A DNA stretch of 58,211 nucleotides, counting the filler, from Sphacelaria rigidula (taxonomy: Eukaryota): assembly GCA_964200075.2 (NCBI GenBank). It is 8 parts of 8 records of this genome, joined end to end, with 100 filler letters (N's around TTAATTAATTAA, not from the genome) between each part and the next. Parts side by side here need not be neighbours in the genome. Positions count along the whole stretch, not along the records: positions 7,291 to 14,479 come from CAXNAA020016048.1; positions 14,580 to 21,768 come from CAXNAA020016049.1; positions 21,869 to 29,057 come from CAXNAA020016050.1; 5 more parts are not named here. The stretch is one strand, 5' to 3'. The notes under the pieces are model-generated. The model made no database searches and was not told the DNA's origin. It was given only the letters and a program-made list of their open reading frames with translations. Positions 11,049-23,714 of the stretch are shown here, one piece after another (the first letter of the stretch is position 1; each line of letters opens with the position of its first letter). Made by a program: the position numbers and the translations under genes.

Positions 11049-12818
11049 GTATGGGCGTTTCGGTATACTTGAATATCCCTGGATAATGTCATATGAAGCT
11101 CTGGATAGCATACAAACCACCCTGAATGCGAAAATCTGATCGGTTGCCATGGCAGAATACTTCGAGGTGATAAAAAATCCTCCAAGTGCGTCTGGAGTTG
11201 CCTACTTCTTCTGCCACCCTGCACCTTCTTCATCTCTGCGAATGCCTAAGATGTAGAGCGACAACGACGGACTTTTGCGTGACAACACTATCGTGGAAAC
11301 AAACGACAAGAGACTGGGCATCTTCAACGTCGAAAAGTGCGAAACAGCGTTCATGTTCTTCTGCAGAATAGACAGCCTGCACGTTTCACACTCTTCGACT
11401 GCACATATTCGTTTTTGTCGTGTGTCTCTGCCCCGCATGTTTGATATTTCGCCAATGAAAAATTGAAGAGCTACATCTATCTCTTCCTCCTGTCGTGCAT
11501 GTCTCATACCCCCCGGAAAGAAAAAGATTCTTCTGGTGCCCCTTCGTTTTCTACTCGATCTCGAATAATGCACCTCCATTCAAGAGCAGTACATCCTTGA
11601 AACGTATACAGACAGTGATCTTCATCGTAGGAGCGCCCGTGCACAACGATCAAGCAAGTAGCGGTAGTACTTTGGCATGTATGGCCTCCCAAGACGAGTG
11701 GTTTGCAGTCGAAAGGTTGAGAGAATATGCAAAAGCGATACTGTTCACGCTGCGCGAAGTGTACGCCCTTCTCTAGAACAAGATAGAGTTGGGCAACACC
11801 ACCTACTGTACTTACTTGTTTTCTGAACACATCACGCACTGACATCTAAACGTTGTCCTCTCGACACGCGATCGCACACAAACACATTAAACGTAGTTTT
11901 CAGGTTATTTGAACAGGTTGTCAAGGGCTGTTTTTGTGCAGTCCGTCGGTGCGAGTGCGAGGAGAGTTAGAAATATTTCGAGAAATTAAAACGATGGGTT
12001 TGATCGTTGTATCTGTGACCGTGAAAAAAAGCAGGTGAACTTTCGATCCTGCGGGTGGGCGTTGTTAAGGTCTCGTGTTTTTAGGTGACCACCTCCTTGG
12101 ACCAGGGGAAGTGTGAACGTAGTCCAGAATCACCGTACAAGGTACGAGGGTAGCCCAGAAACTGTATGTTCCAAAAATAATGCCCTCATGCAATAACCCG
12201 TGGGTATTTCTAGCCCAAGCACACTACACAGAGGTATGAAAGAAGGGAGGACCAATTCGTGGACCGCAGAACAAGGTCAAAGCATGCGTTTTTCTGTGTG
12301 TGAGGGGGGGGGCACAGCTGCCCCACATGCCCCTCGTTGATGCACCCAAAGGATTCCGAGCGAACTGTATATATATATGTATATATATTTATATCCAAAT
12401 GTATGCGTGCCGCACTTCCAATCCTTTGCCTCCTTCGGGACAGGCTCACAGTTAAAAGAGATAGACCAACCCTCAGCCTCAGTACCTTTCTGACATACAT
12501 GTTGGTATCACGGGTTGGATCAAAAACAGCCCCACATCCTGTCGACTTTTCGTTGCCATTCGCGTCCTCGCGCTTTCAACCCCTTGACTGCGAGCGGTGG
12601 TCCATTTGTGAATCAGAATCACTTGCACTTGAGAAGGAAACGAAAACAATGCCGATTCACAAATAGGCCAACGCGCGCTCAAAGGGTAACGGCGGAAACC
12701 AGATTATACTCAGAAACACCGTATATGTCCGAGTTCGATCCCGCAGCCTGCCGCCCTAGCTGTGCACCTATAACACTCAACGTAGACCGCCGGAGCGGGG
12801 CATCGTGTGATGTATTTT

Positions 12819-13075
12819 GAGCAATGCTACGGTAGGGGTGCACTTTTTTCGCGAAATCTTGTCCGGTTCAGGGGCTCCTAACGATTCGAGACGCACAAGA
12901 ATATGCGTCAGGGCATCCCCGTTTGCAGATTCATTTGGGATATCCCCAGCACGTTGGAATAGCAATTCTGGCGTACTCTCGCATATTTTCACAAACCGTG
13001 TTTTGGATGAGATAAAAGGGTCCTAACAATTCTAACCTCAAAAAGTATTTGTGTACCCCTATAGTAGCATCACGT
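12819..13075. mobile_element. MITE family B (Sola2-like), copy 1
   Basis: TIR GAGCAATGCTACGGTAGGGGTGCAC with a decayed right end; TTTT on both flanks. Confidence 0.8.
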
Positions 13076-13924
13076 TTTTCAATTCTGCATGGTTGCACGA
13101 ATGGTGTGCTGTTTTTTGGCGAACAAAACACGGAGTTGTAACTTTCAAAGACTTAGTCGACTCTTTTGGGGTCGTGGGCACACGAACGAACAGCGATGTC
13201 TTTTGCTGGCTGGCTTTCAGTGGTAAAATTATCTTAAACTCAAAGTTCCCGATATCTTTAATCGCAAATTAGTGTAAAATATATCGGAAATCCTGAGTTT
13301 GATATACCTTTAGTAAGAAAGTTTCCGTGAGACTGAGAACCATCATTTTAGCCCTGAGGTCAATTGACATTATGTCCACATGAAACATACCACGCGACCC
13401 TGATTCCTAACCCTGGCGATGGAAAGGTTGGCATTCTGACGAGTTCGGCGTTGGATGTAGATTCCGAAAGAAAACAAGCGCCGATGTAAGATTATTTGGA
13501 ATCGTGGTACCCTACATTCGCATTTAATTTATTGATCGCAAGAAGATTGGGATGCATGGCATTGTGGACTACCGAACGTACAGAGGCCCGTTGATAAGAG
13601 GAATGTTTTGATGGTTGGTATACCCACTCCCCTTCTACTCATTCTCAGTTGAATGAAACAGGTCGTTGCCACTATTACTCGTCAATGTTTCCTCCATTAA
13701 TGGAACACACGAAAATAGCGTGTTCCGATTTAAATATGACCCTCGATCGTAAGCTACACTCTCAATCTCACGAGAACGTTGTTTAGTGCGGAAAATGGCG
13801 ATTCACGGGTCAACGACGCGCACAAACAGTAGCAGTCCGTGCGCTTCGTATCAAACATTGGTCACAGTGCAGCAGTTCAGCACAGGAAGCCACAGTCCAG
13901 CAATACACAGTACAATGCAGTAAA

Positions 13925-14045
13925 GTTATGATTGGTTGATTGATGATTGATTGATTGATTGGTGAGTCGGTTGATCGATTGGTTGGTTGATTGGTTGATT
14001 GTTTGATTGTTTGATTCGTTGATTCATTGATTCATTGAGTGATTG
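13925..14045. repeat. Degenerate (GATT/GGTT)n microsatellite
   Basis: Direct reading. Confidence 0.85.
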
Positions 14046-14256
14046 CCGTACTTCAATTGACCCCCTTGGGACCCAGTCGTGGTCATTGTCCATATGATAG
14101 AGATACCCGCGATGGAAACAAGAGTGGAACTCTCCTTGAAGAAAAGTGAAGAAAACAGAACGGAGTCATGTTACGATAGGCGCGCGCGCGCGCGGGGGGG
14201 GTATCTTGGGACGTTTTCTTCCACGACATTTCTTTTCAACCGCGGTCAAAAGCAGT

Positions 14257-14404
14257 CACCAGTTGTTCGAACGCGCTTGCTCCGGATAAAGAACGCTGAT
14301 TCATATTGCTTTACACATTTTTCAACCAAACACCAACGCACCGCGAGTATCTTCAGCCGCTTGACACATCTAGGAGCACATTTTTTCGTGGAATCGAACA
14401 CCCC
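14257..14404. repeat. Dispersed repeat, second copy at about 33833-33980
   Basis: CACCAGTTGTTCGAACGCG...GAGCACATTTTT(T)CGTGGAATCGAA shared between contigs 2 and 5. Confidence 0.8.
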
Positions 14405-16517
14405 CCCCCCCACACACTGACAGCCCAAGCACCCGCGAAAACCACCCCCCCGACCCCACCAGCACAAAGACACCCAACANNNNNNNNNNNNNNNNNNNNN
14501 NNNNNNNNNNNNNNNNNNNNNNNTTAATTAATTAANNNNNNNNNNNNNNNNNNNNNNNNNNNNNNNNNNNNNNNNNNNNCCCCCGTCCTCGCCGCTGGGG
14601 ACTGGGCGGGGTGGGGGGGGCGGCGGGGGGGGGGGGGGGGGGGGGGGCGGGGCGGGTGTGGGCTGTGGCTCCTGGCCTGTAGGTGGTCGGATCTCTTGCT
14701 GTACATTGAGTACAGAAGAGTTTCGGAAACGAGTTTTATCTCAATGTCAGCGTGTATGTTTTCAGCGTGCATATCTCATGAATTTGGCACTTCCGAAAAC
14801 CCTCAACATTTATCTCAGCGTTTTGAGTCCCGCATGTGTGTAAAAAAGAAGTGTTCGAAAGTCCCAAATTCATGAAGTATTTGCTCTGAAAAGAGATGAG
14901 CAGAAGAAAAAGTGTGTTTCCCGAGCTCCATTGTGGAAAATGACAGTAATGCGTAGCCCCCCCCTGCCCTCCCCACCACCATCACCTCCAACCTCACCAA
15001 CTTGGTTCGGCAAAAACCCGGCGTTCTCCGTCGTGGTTTTGGAGGGATGTGAAATCAGCGGTCTTATGAGTACGGCACACAAGATCATGGGTACGCCCCC
15101 CCCACCCCCTCCACCCTCACGCACACTCTCGCTCTGCCCCTGTTTGCCACTACGGGGATTTTCGGTGCATAGCTCCTAAGATAGTTGCCGGCGTGCCCCC
15201 TTGCTCTCTTGATTTGAAGTATCATGAAGATGGAATGTAATAACCCGTGGGGTCTTCATCGCCATGTCGCTGTGTCTCGTTTGGCGCGCCTCTCGCGGTG
15301 CACATGCCGACGGGTTTGGCTTCTCGGCCGCTGGTCACTCGCAAATCCGGATCAAATGTTTTACCGTGAGAATGTGCTCAGGTCTGTTCACCGTGGTCGC
15401 TTTCTGTTCCGTGTCTCATGCATAGCTACTACGTGGGTGATAGGCACTGCCGAGGTCCCATCCGTCCCGCCACAGCGCCCTCTTGCCTACAAAAACTATA
15501 CTCTTGAAGAAATATCATTTACGCAACGTATGTAGGAAATGTACGGTCGCGTTCCAACGCACGAAAAATTGATCTTGGCCGCTCGACCGTTCAGCGACCC
15601 AACATGAGGTATACTGCGGTGATGTGATGTCACAGTCTGGCATTTCTAGCGCCTATGAAGGTCCATCTGTAAGGCTGTGCATCCGTAACATTGACGATAC
15701 ATATGGATAAGATCGGTGGGCATGCCTTTACGCGCCAGGCGAGAGACAAGCTCGGATCGCGAGAGCGCAATCCCAGTCGTACTCGGGTCCGTCGGATAAT
15801 GACCTATATATCGTACTTTTGTAGTCGATGTGCTGGCACTCTGGTGATATCGGTGCCTGTTAACGATACTATACGACAAACATACGATAAGATATACCGT
15901 ATCTGTTGGAGTTGCTGTATCTGTATCGGTAAAATCTGTACCCTATCAATCCAGGATATAGGCGTCGTCTGCGACATCCATCTTGGCTATATGGACGCCC
16001 TTCAGCTCAATATAAGGATCTATTTGTCTGTGATTGAATAAATGGTTTGAATTGCTACGGTATGTACACCAGTGGTCGCTGCTCGTGTTTGGTCCTTTGG
16101 TGGCCGAATTTTAGAATATTCTGTATATTGGTCCAGAGAAACGATTATTGCATGCTTGTTTGGTACAGCAGTATAGTTATGCACAATAATTCACTCCATG
16201 ATTCTCTACATCTGGACTGCTAGTAACCGGGCTTGTCGTCCAAGTCATGCTTCTCTGTGCACCGAGCCGACAATGGCATTTCAACTATAATCTGCGGTCT
16301 GCGCAATACTTGTATGTGAGAAATCTCAACACTCTTTCTGTGCTTAAATGAAGCAGATAGCGGGCGTATAGTCTGTCCGTTTCTCCGCTGGCACTCTCGA
16401 CGTCAAGTCCCACTTCGTGATTTTTTTAAAAGAAAAAAATACCGTAGGCAGTATATCAACTATTTTGTGTCTTTGGAAATCATGTTGCGCAGCTGAGAAT
16501 ATACAACACGGAGTCAG

Positions 16518-19001
16518 GTGCTTTGGAGCGCAACACGCGTTCATATGCGTATATCGCGGTTTAGTGCCATACCCTCAGATCCCGTTTACCTACAGTATCT
16601 CCCTGCTGGCATTCTTTGCGTGTGCCATCCCCGAACAGCATCGGTTGGGGCCTTTGCCAGCGCCGTCGCATCATCCACGGAAACTCACGAAGTATCTACC
16701 ACGCTCAGGGAAGCTCGCAGCATCGAGTCAGAGGGACAAGAGACTGAGAACACAGCAAGAAAAATGGAATCTTCTACGAGATCCGAGGACGAGAACGCAG
16801 AAGCTGACATTGAGACGGGCTTGCATCAATCAAGGGTTACATCTGGCACTGTACCACCTGCTGTTACATCGAAGGTTGGCCAAGATCCGAACGAACATGA
16901 AACGCGACAGTTGCCAGAGAGTATACCTGCAGCGGGACCCGTTGGGGAGGATTCGATTTCGACGCCGAAAGGAACCCCTGGGGCAATCGATCTGCCGCCC
17001 GATGCTGGCGACCACAAGTTTAATGACGAAGATGTCACGTCGCTCAAAAGGGTTGAGTCCTGGGACTCGCTTAGAACAACAGGTCTCACACACGAGGTCC
17101 TCAATCGTGTTTTGGATTCTCCAGATTCGGAGGTCCAAGATTCCTTGTACACTATTGTATCTCGTCAATCGTCTCTTGTTGGGAGCAAGAATCTCGGGGC
17201 AATGTCTGTTACTTCGGCCGCTAGCTTGAGGGCAGTAGAATTCACGGCTGAACGAAACATGGCCATGTTGGACGATTGTTCTCCCTTGGCGAAGAAGTTG
17301 AACGACGTGCGGGCGTTCGGAGGTTACACACGTTATTCCGAACGAGAGCTGAACAATGGGGTGCCCGGTCTGCCCGTTTACAACGATTCCGGGATGCCTC
17401 TAGCTAGTATACTCGAGGAAAATTTGGAAGAAGCGTTGTCTTCGGGTGCTGGTCCGCCCTTAGACGAGTTATTCGGAACAAAAACCTTCGCACCAGACCA
17501 GCGTCTCTTGGGCGGGTTGTGGGAAGCCACCTTTATCTGCGTGGTGTGTTCAATTTTGTACGCCTTATGGACGTATGAAGGAAGATCCCAAAATGTTCCT
17601 GACGTTGCCGCGATGGTTGCCTCTTCAGCCGGCTCACTTGGCATCGTCGCTAGATCATTCTCCGCACGCGGTTACCTGGGAGTTGTTTACGCCGGTCACG
17701 TGAGTTCAGGAGTGGTGAACTTGCGACTTTTTTGCTCTGGATCGATAAACAAAATGCGGAGGAGCGTGGGAATGCATGAGAAGCCGGGATACATTGGTTC
17801 GTGCATCCGCAATTTCGCCTCACTGGTATTGTCCTTCCTGGCGTTAGCTCTCTTCGCTGTTGAAAGCGTTCTGAACGTTGTGCAATTTGTACTTCATCTG
17901 GTGATAGGAGCCGAGAACGACCAGAGCTGGGCGCTGGGAAAAGGGATTGTAAGATGCGGGAAAAGAATCGTTGTGCTACCCGTCATGCAAAAGCGAATTA
18001 TACGTGCGATCGATCGAGGGGTTCAGTCGTCGGTCAAGTGGCCTGGCGGGGCACAGAGAACGTACCACGGTTCTGCTGTTATTGAAGGTGAGTGGGCGCT
18101 GCACTTCCCCAACAGGGAGGCCTTCCTGGCGGAACTAGGCTGCGACAAAGTATCCCTACAGTTCGGCGAAGAACGCAGACTTGTCACGGAGGTCGGACAG
18201 AGGAAACAGTCCTTCGTGATAGTCGCGCGAGACGGGCGCGGGGGACTTCTGCTCGTTCCTACCGAGGACTTTCGGGGTGTACGCGTGCGCCTCAGCAACG
18301 CTGTGTTCGCGGGCGCGACTGGTAGCGTCACCGTTTTGATGGGGCTACCATACCCCAAGAAAACTGTCTTTCCGGGAGACCACGCTGCTGAGGCCCTCAC
18401 CTTGTGGGATAAACCGTTTTTCCTCGATGCCACGACCTGTGGGGTCGGGTCGAGGACGGACGTTGGAGTCGAGGTGTACGACGTTCTAGATGGCGCAGGT
18501 GTGGGGGCGATAACCGACAAGAGTCTGTTGTGGGGATCGCTGTCATGGTCTAGTGATCTCGACTCCGCTACGGCCCGCTGGGCGGCGGGATATTTCGGTG
18601 GACACTTCTCCGTTCTCCACGAGCTGGGACAGGGCGGGGTGTCTACGCGTCATTATGGACCCGGAGAGGGCGTTCGGTGCGTGACCGCAACTCCAGCGGA
18701 CGTGAGCCGACTTTTGCCAAAGTGTGACGTGGTTATTGGTGTACGTGCTCACGGCAAAGGCCTGATTACGTGCCCTGTCTTTAATGGAGAGGACACTCAC
18801 TTTGTAGGTGAGCGCGAAAAGTTTTGTGGGATGACTCGTTTTGCCGGTATACGTGGGGATTTCTGCTTGATTCCCGGAGGGCGTCACGGAAAGTGGCGCA
18901 TGTCTGAAGGGAAGATAGAGATGTATGAAGAGAGTGAGGAATGCCTGGTGCGCATCGGTGTCAAGGATGCAACCGGAAGGGTGGTTCACGGCGACGTGTG
19001 A
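16518..19001 (+). CDS. Uncharacterised protein, long uninterrupted ORF (up to 827 aa): acidic disordered N-terminus, 2-3 predicted TM segments, Gly-rich globular C-terminal half; true start uncertain
   Basis: 2.48 kb without a stop. Hydrophobic stretches LLGGLWEATFICVVCSILYALW and FASLVLSFLALALFAVESVLNVVQFVLHLVIG. 16518-16638 may be an intron (CAG|GTGCTT...CCCGAACAG|), or translation may start at MESSTRSEDE. Confidence 0.75.
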   Translation: MLWSATRVHMRISRFSAIPSDPVYLQYLPAGILCVCHPRTASVGAFASAVASSTETHEVSTTLREARSIESEGQETENTARKMESSTRSEDENAEADIETGLHQSRVTSGTVPPAVTSKVGQDPNEHETRQLPESIPAAGPVGEDSISTPKGTPGAIDLPPDAGDHKFNDEDVTSLKRVESWDSLRTTGLTHEVLNRVLDSPDSEVQDSLYTIVSRQSSLVGSKNLGAMSVTSAASLRAVEFTAERNMAMLDDCSPLAKKLNDVRAFGGYTRYSERELNNGVPGLPVYNDSGMPLASILEENLEEALSSGAGPPLDELFGTKTFAPDQRLLGGLWEATFICVVCSILYALWTYEGRSQNVPDVAAMVASSAGSLGIVARSFSARGYLGVVYAGHVSSGVVNLRLFCSGSINKMRRSVGMHEKPGYIGSCIRNFASLVLSFLALALFAVESVLNVVQFVLHLVIGAENDQSWALGKGIVRCGKRIVVLPVMQKRIIRAIDRGVQSSVKWPGGAQRTYHGSAVIEGEWALHFPNREAFLAELGCDKVSLQFGEERRLVTEVGQRKQSFVIVARDGRGGLLLVPTEDFRGVRVRLSNAVFAGATGSVTVLMGLPYPKKTVFPGDHAAEALTLWDKPFFLDATTCGVGSRTDVGVEVYDVLDGAGVGAITDKSLLWGSLSWSSDLDSATARWAAGYFGGHFSVLHELGQGGVSTRHYGPGEGVRCVTATPADVSRLLPKCDVVIGVRAHGKGLITCPVFNGEDTHFVGEREKFCGMTRFAGIRGDFCLIPGGRHGKWRMSEGKIEMYEESEECLVRIGVKDATGRVVHGDV

Positions 19002-19409
19002 AGACGCCGGTTGGTGCACACTGTAGTCACTGTTGGGATTCACTGGGTGCACGGATAAGCACTTGCGTTCTGGTCAGCTTGCAATTTTTTTGACCACAAT
19101 TGTTTGATCGGTCACGAAGGAGCACAGTTCGTCGTGCGTTTTTGCACTAAAGCTAGGCAGCAGGGCCTCTGGGTCTACGGAACGGGTACTCTACTGCAAG
19201 TTCCGCCAGTGGAAGTGAGGACATTCTGTGTAAGGCCCAACCTGCGCAAATGAGCGCTCATTTTCTACTGTGCTAAGGTGAGCTAGAGCACTCGTATTTG
19301 AGCTGGTAGTGTGCAACAGCCCACGGTGGTGAGGGAGTAAGTAACAGGGGCAAGTTGCTGTTCGAGACGTCGCGGCTCAAGGGTGATGTATAGTATACAT
19401 CTGCACTCT

Positions 19410-20961
19410 TTCATGGGGTGAGAAACGCCGTCACGCGAGCAATGTGCTGTTGGATATTGATGTTGAGGTCATTCTACAGCAAGTACTCTCTGCGTCTCTT
19501 TTGCCTGTGCAAGACATGAACACTCCAGGAACTTTTTGATGCACCAAGCCACCTTTCAACGTCTTTGTTTTCGGGAAACAAGTTGATGAAAACTCCCGCC
19601 GCCTTAGGGGGTGCTCTCAACTTTTGGGTTACCATTGTAAAACTCCCCCATCTGCATTCCGTTTGTCACCTATGTAGAGGGGGGACACCACAGTTTCGTG
19701 CTGAACACTCTTGGGCTTATTTTGTTGCGTTCTTGGGGTCCTCCGCGATGTAGCTGTTTGCTCTCACTCCGCGGTCGTGAGATTTGGAAACACATTGCGG
19801 TGCAAGAGCTATTTGCGGTGGTGGTACTGGACCCGAAAAGAGGTGGAATCTAGTACGGCGGGATTGGGATTTAAGCGAGTGTTGTCGGCGTGTCTTCAAC
19901 TTTTCATTTTGATGAGGTATGTTCGTTGGCAGTATTCTTATCCTTACCTGGGCAGATGCATGTGTGATGCATCTTGTAGAAGATAACGTGGTATCAAGGT
20001 GATTGTTGTGCATCTAGATTACATATTTTCTGTCGGACGCAAAGCCAGGCGTGACCAGTTTGGTATGGACCTCAACCGGTATATCCCCATTACTAACCTT
20101 GGAGAGCTTCGCTCGTACGCTGGCTGCGTATTTTCATGCGATCTAGCCTCGGGCACTATTACGATTTCCCAGCGAGCAGTAGCGGAAACAATTGTGGCAA
20201 AGGTTGGTGTTACTCGCAACAAGGCAACCACCATGGTAGTTGGCTTGAACCTTGATATGTTAGACCCAACTGAACACGATATGGAGGAACCGTTTCAATC
20301 GTTAGTAGGGCATTTGATGTGGCTTACTACCCAGACCCGCCCCGATATCCTCAACGCGGTACGTACCGTGGCGAGGTGTACTCACACACCGGAACGTGTG
20401 CACTGGAAGGCAGCTTTACATGTTTTCATGTATGTTAGATTCACGAGTATCTACGGTATCACTTTTTAGCGAGGTACGGCGGGTGGTGCTGCGCTGGAGG
20501 TATTTGTCGATTCGGATTACGCCAGCAAATCTACTGCCCGAAGGTCTTTTTCGAGCGACGTTAGAATATGTGCCGGTGCTTGCGTGTCATTTTTCTCGAG
20601 GACGCAGAGAAGTGTCACATTGTCCTCGACGGAAGCAGAGTATGTTGCGATGGCAGAGGGATTCAAGGAGACGATCTTCCTCCGTTACATCTGGAGTTTC
20701 GTCTTTCCGGGTCTTGGCGTAGGATGCACCACGGCGCACGAGGATAACGAAGACGCGGTATATTTGGCAACTTATCCGACCACCACACCAAACTCCAAGC
20801 ATATCGACATTCGCCACCGACTCCTTCACGAACGGGTGGCGAACGGGGAGTTTAGGTTTGTTCATGTGAAGTCGGCCTTGCAACATGCTGATTTTCTCAC
20901 TAAGCCGTTGCACAAGGAGGAATTTTTCAGGCACCGCAACCTCGTGATGAAAATTTCTTGG
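19410..20961 (+). mobile_element. Decayed Ty1/Copia pol (RT + RNase H)
   Basis: IVVHLDYIF (YVDD-box remnant), LGELRSY, TRPDILNAVR, FVDSDYA, SVTLSSTEAEYVAM, SKHIDIRH and QHADFLTKPL, with in-frame stops and frameshifts. Confidence 0.93.
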
Positions 20962-20980
20962 TATCCATATACATCTATAT

Positions 20981-21553
20981 TTCAGTCTGCATAGAATTTT
21001 TTTCGTTTTTGGTTGGATTCGAGGTCTTGAAGGAGACGGCTTGTAATGACACGCCTCATTTGCAGTCCGGATTTGTTTTTCGTTTTTGATTGGACGTAAG
21101 GTCTTGTAGGAGACAGTTTGGAACGACACGCCTCATTTCCAGTCTGGATAATTTGGGGTTCTTTCGTTTTTGGTTGGATGTGAGGTCTTGAAGGAGACGG
21201 CTTGGAACGGCACGTCTCATGTCCAGTCTGGATATTTTTTTCCGTCTTTGGTTAGATTTGAGGTCTTGAAGGAGACGGCTTGGAACGACACGCCTCACTT
21301 CCAGTCTGGATAATGTGGGGTTCTTTCGTTTTTAGTTGGATTTAAGGTCTTGAAGGAGACGGCTTGGAACGACACGCCTTATTTCCAGTCTGGATTTCGT
21401 TTTACGTTTTTGGTTGGATTCAAGGTCTTGTGGCAGTCACTTTAGAACAACATGCCTCATTCCTAGTCTGGATTTTGCTTTTCGTTTTTGATTGGATTAG
21501 AGGCCTTGAAGGAGACGGCTTGGAACGACACGCCTCATTTCTAATCTGAGAAT
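20981..21553 (+). repeat. Tandem array, about 7 units of about 77-83 bp, in the Copia 3' untranslated region
   Basis: Unit TTCGTTTTTGGTTGGATTNGAGGTCTTGAAGGAGACGGCTTGGAACGACACGCCTCATTTCCAGTCTGGAT repeated seven times. Confidence 0.92.
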
Positions 21554-21637
21554 ATATGTATTTATTTACTTTTTTTGCTTGTGTGCAATGAACTGGCATT
21601 GATTTGGGTGCTGCTATATACTGCTTTGGAGAATCAC

Positions 21638-21768
21638 GGGGGGGGGATTGAGGTCCATGATCCTGCACGCAGTATTAGCAGCGTCCGAGTTCGGTTATTC
21701 GGTGTATTTTGATGTTGTGTCCACAGGAGTTTGGCGTTGATCCCCCTTGTGTGCAGAACGGGGGGGGG
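21638..21768 (+). mobile_element. Copia polypurine tract and start of the 3' LTR (truncated by the contig end)
   Basis: GGGGGGGGGA at 21638-21647 followed by T-TGAGG; TG start at 21649, downstream of pol. Confidence 0.6.
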
Positions 21769-22014
21769 NNNNNNNNNNNNNNNNNNNNNNNNNNNNNNNN
21801 NNNNNNNNNNNNTTAATTAATTAANNNNNNNNNNNNNNNNNNNNNNNNNNNNNNNNNNNNNNNNNNNNCAACAAATGCCCCAAAATACCCCCACCCCTAT
21901 CGTAGGATGGCTCATCAGTTGATTGATTTGCCACTCTAGCCATTATTTTCTCTTTCCTTCCTACTTATCTCCTCTTATTTGTTTCCCAAAACCGTCTCGG
22001 TGTTTGTGTTTGTT

Positions 22015-22480
22015 CCTGCAGAGCTAGCGCGTGAGAGTTCTTGCCCGAATGCCCACGTCCCCAGACAGCTCAGTCCCAACCTTTGCCTTCACGTCAAATT
22101 TTTGTCCTGCCTGCTTCCCTACAGTCATAGGGTAGTGGCCTGTCGGGTTCTTTTCTCGGGACCAGTAAGTACTAGATCTTAGCCTCTCGCTGTTTTTTTC
22201 TTTTGCCCGTTTGCTTTTGCGTTCACCTCGGTTGTTTTTTTTCGTCTGCTTTTCAATCATTTAGTCGCGAGCGTTGCTTCTGGTCGGTGTGTATTTATCT
22301 TGGGTACGTTCGTTCTGTGGCCATAGATGGATTCGTAGCGACTCACGCAGTCAATGTGCGATATTCAAGCAATATATACATATATATATATGCTTGTGTG
22401 TCAGTCGAACGTATCCGCTACGAATCCAACCGTGTTCACAAGATAAATGTCCCCAGCGCGAGAGAAAGCAAGCACGCGGT
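22015..22480. repeat. Dispersed repeat family with a T-rich body; related pieces at about 25980-26410, 37040-37130, 48840-48950 and 50150-50215
   Basis: Shared GAGCT..G.GTGAGAG.TC.TGCCC.AAT head and ...TTGGGTACGT...GTG.CC...GGAT.CGTAGCG end; two ends face each other across a (TA)n run at about 22330-22430. Confidence 0.55.
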
Positions 22481-23714
22481 GACGGCAATCCGAGCACAAA
22501 GAAACTAAGAGAAGCAAAAATTAGAGAGAAAATAGAGAGACACTAGAAGCATTTCTCAGGGAACTCCAACGGATCCCCGCGAGGCTCCCGCCCGGGCCCA
22601 CGGCAAGAGGTCATGCAAGAAGAAAGATTGTAGAAGCAGATGAGCAGCATTTAGATTGAAGGATACTACAATGATGGCTCAGACATATTTTCGTGTACCA
22701 CGGTGTTTCTTGCGAGGTTTCACTTCTTGCCTTCGCAATCACATCATCATGTACACTTGGAACTGTGCGCTAGCCTTTCACAGCGCATTGCATAGACCAC
22801 GAAAACTCCTCGTCGGCAGACATGAAAGAACGTCCACTTGATGTTGAAATTGCGCTTCTCACAGAACAATTTAGAGTGCAAACCATTGCCAGAACAAAAT
22901 TATTACAGACGGTACGCGAGAGTTATTTTATCTTTTTTTTTCACATCCAACACTTCTCATTCCTCGGGACGAGTCCGTGGTCTGAAGGGATCAACCCGTT
23001 TCTCACCCGGCACGCGCCTGACGTTTTTCGGTATCGCGGGTTGAATCAGCATTTCCGCACCGTGTCGGTCGTCATGCTTTCAACGACGGAAATCAGAGAC
23101 TTCTCAGAAAGAAAGCTGAACAGCGAACGGATTGCAGTAAACTTTACCGCACGATTGCGGGCCCATACTATAATAGGCGGCTGCGGTGCGCACAGCAATA
23201 CGAGCTTGAATTGTCTGTGCAGCCAGGCACGAAGGATCCGTATACCTCCGCGATCATAACTCAAACGGTGGATTGAGTGTACGCACGTATTCACGTGCTT
23301 TTTCGCTTCGCGATCAGCACTTTCCGCGGTCGCCGTACGATCGAGAACGGTAGAGATCGTACTAGTGCGCCGCGACATGCATATCGCCTCGCCAAAACCT
23401 TTCGCGGCCAGATTGATCTGGGTCTGTTTGGAAAGACGTGTACGATGTGATTACAGCGAAGGGGTACCCGCCCCTCATCGTCTCTCTTGTATGGCGTTGA
23501 GAGGGTGTGGAAACGTCTGCGATACTCGTCCGCGTGGTACGTGACAGCTACTTCTGCTCGTCTGATCCAAGAGGCAGGATACTGAACTATAAACAGCAAA
23601 CATTTCGGTCAAATCAGCTGTTACATTGAGAATAATACTGTGTATGGTACGTACGTGCGATTTGTTTTCAGGCTACCACGGTAGGTACATGGTACTGCAA
23701 CCCATGTTAGTGGC

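Noticed and set aside
11130..11850. Coding-like decayed region
   Set aside because: No family motif and no consistent splice pattern.
16417..17229. 270-aa overlapping ORF
   Set aside because: Alternative frame of the 827-codon ORF, with no recognisable protein features.
20981..21553. CRISPR array
   Set aside because: Units are contiguous with only short T-rich joints, there are no unique spacers or cas genes, and the array lies inside a eukaryotic Copia element.
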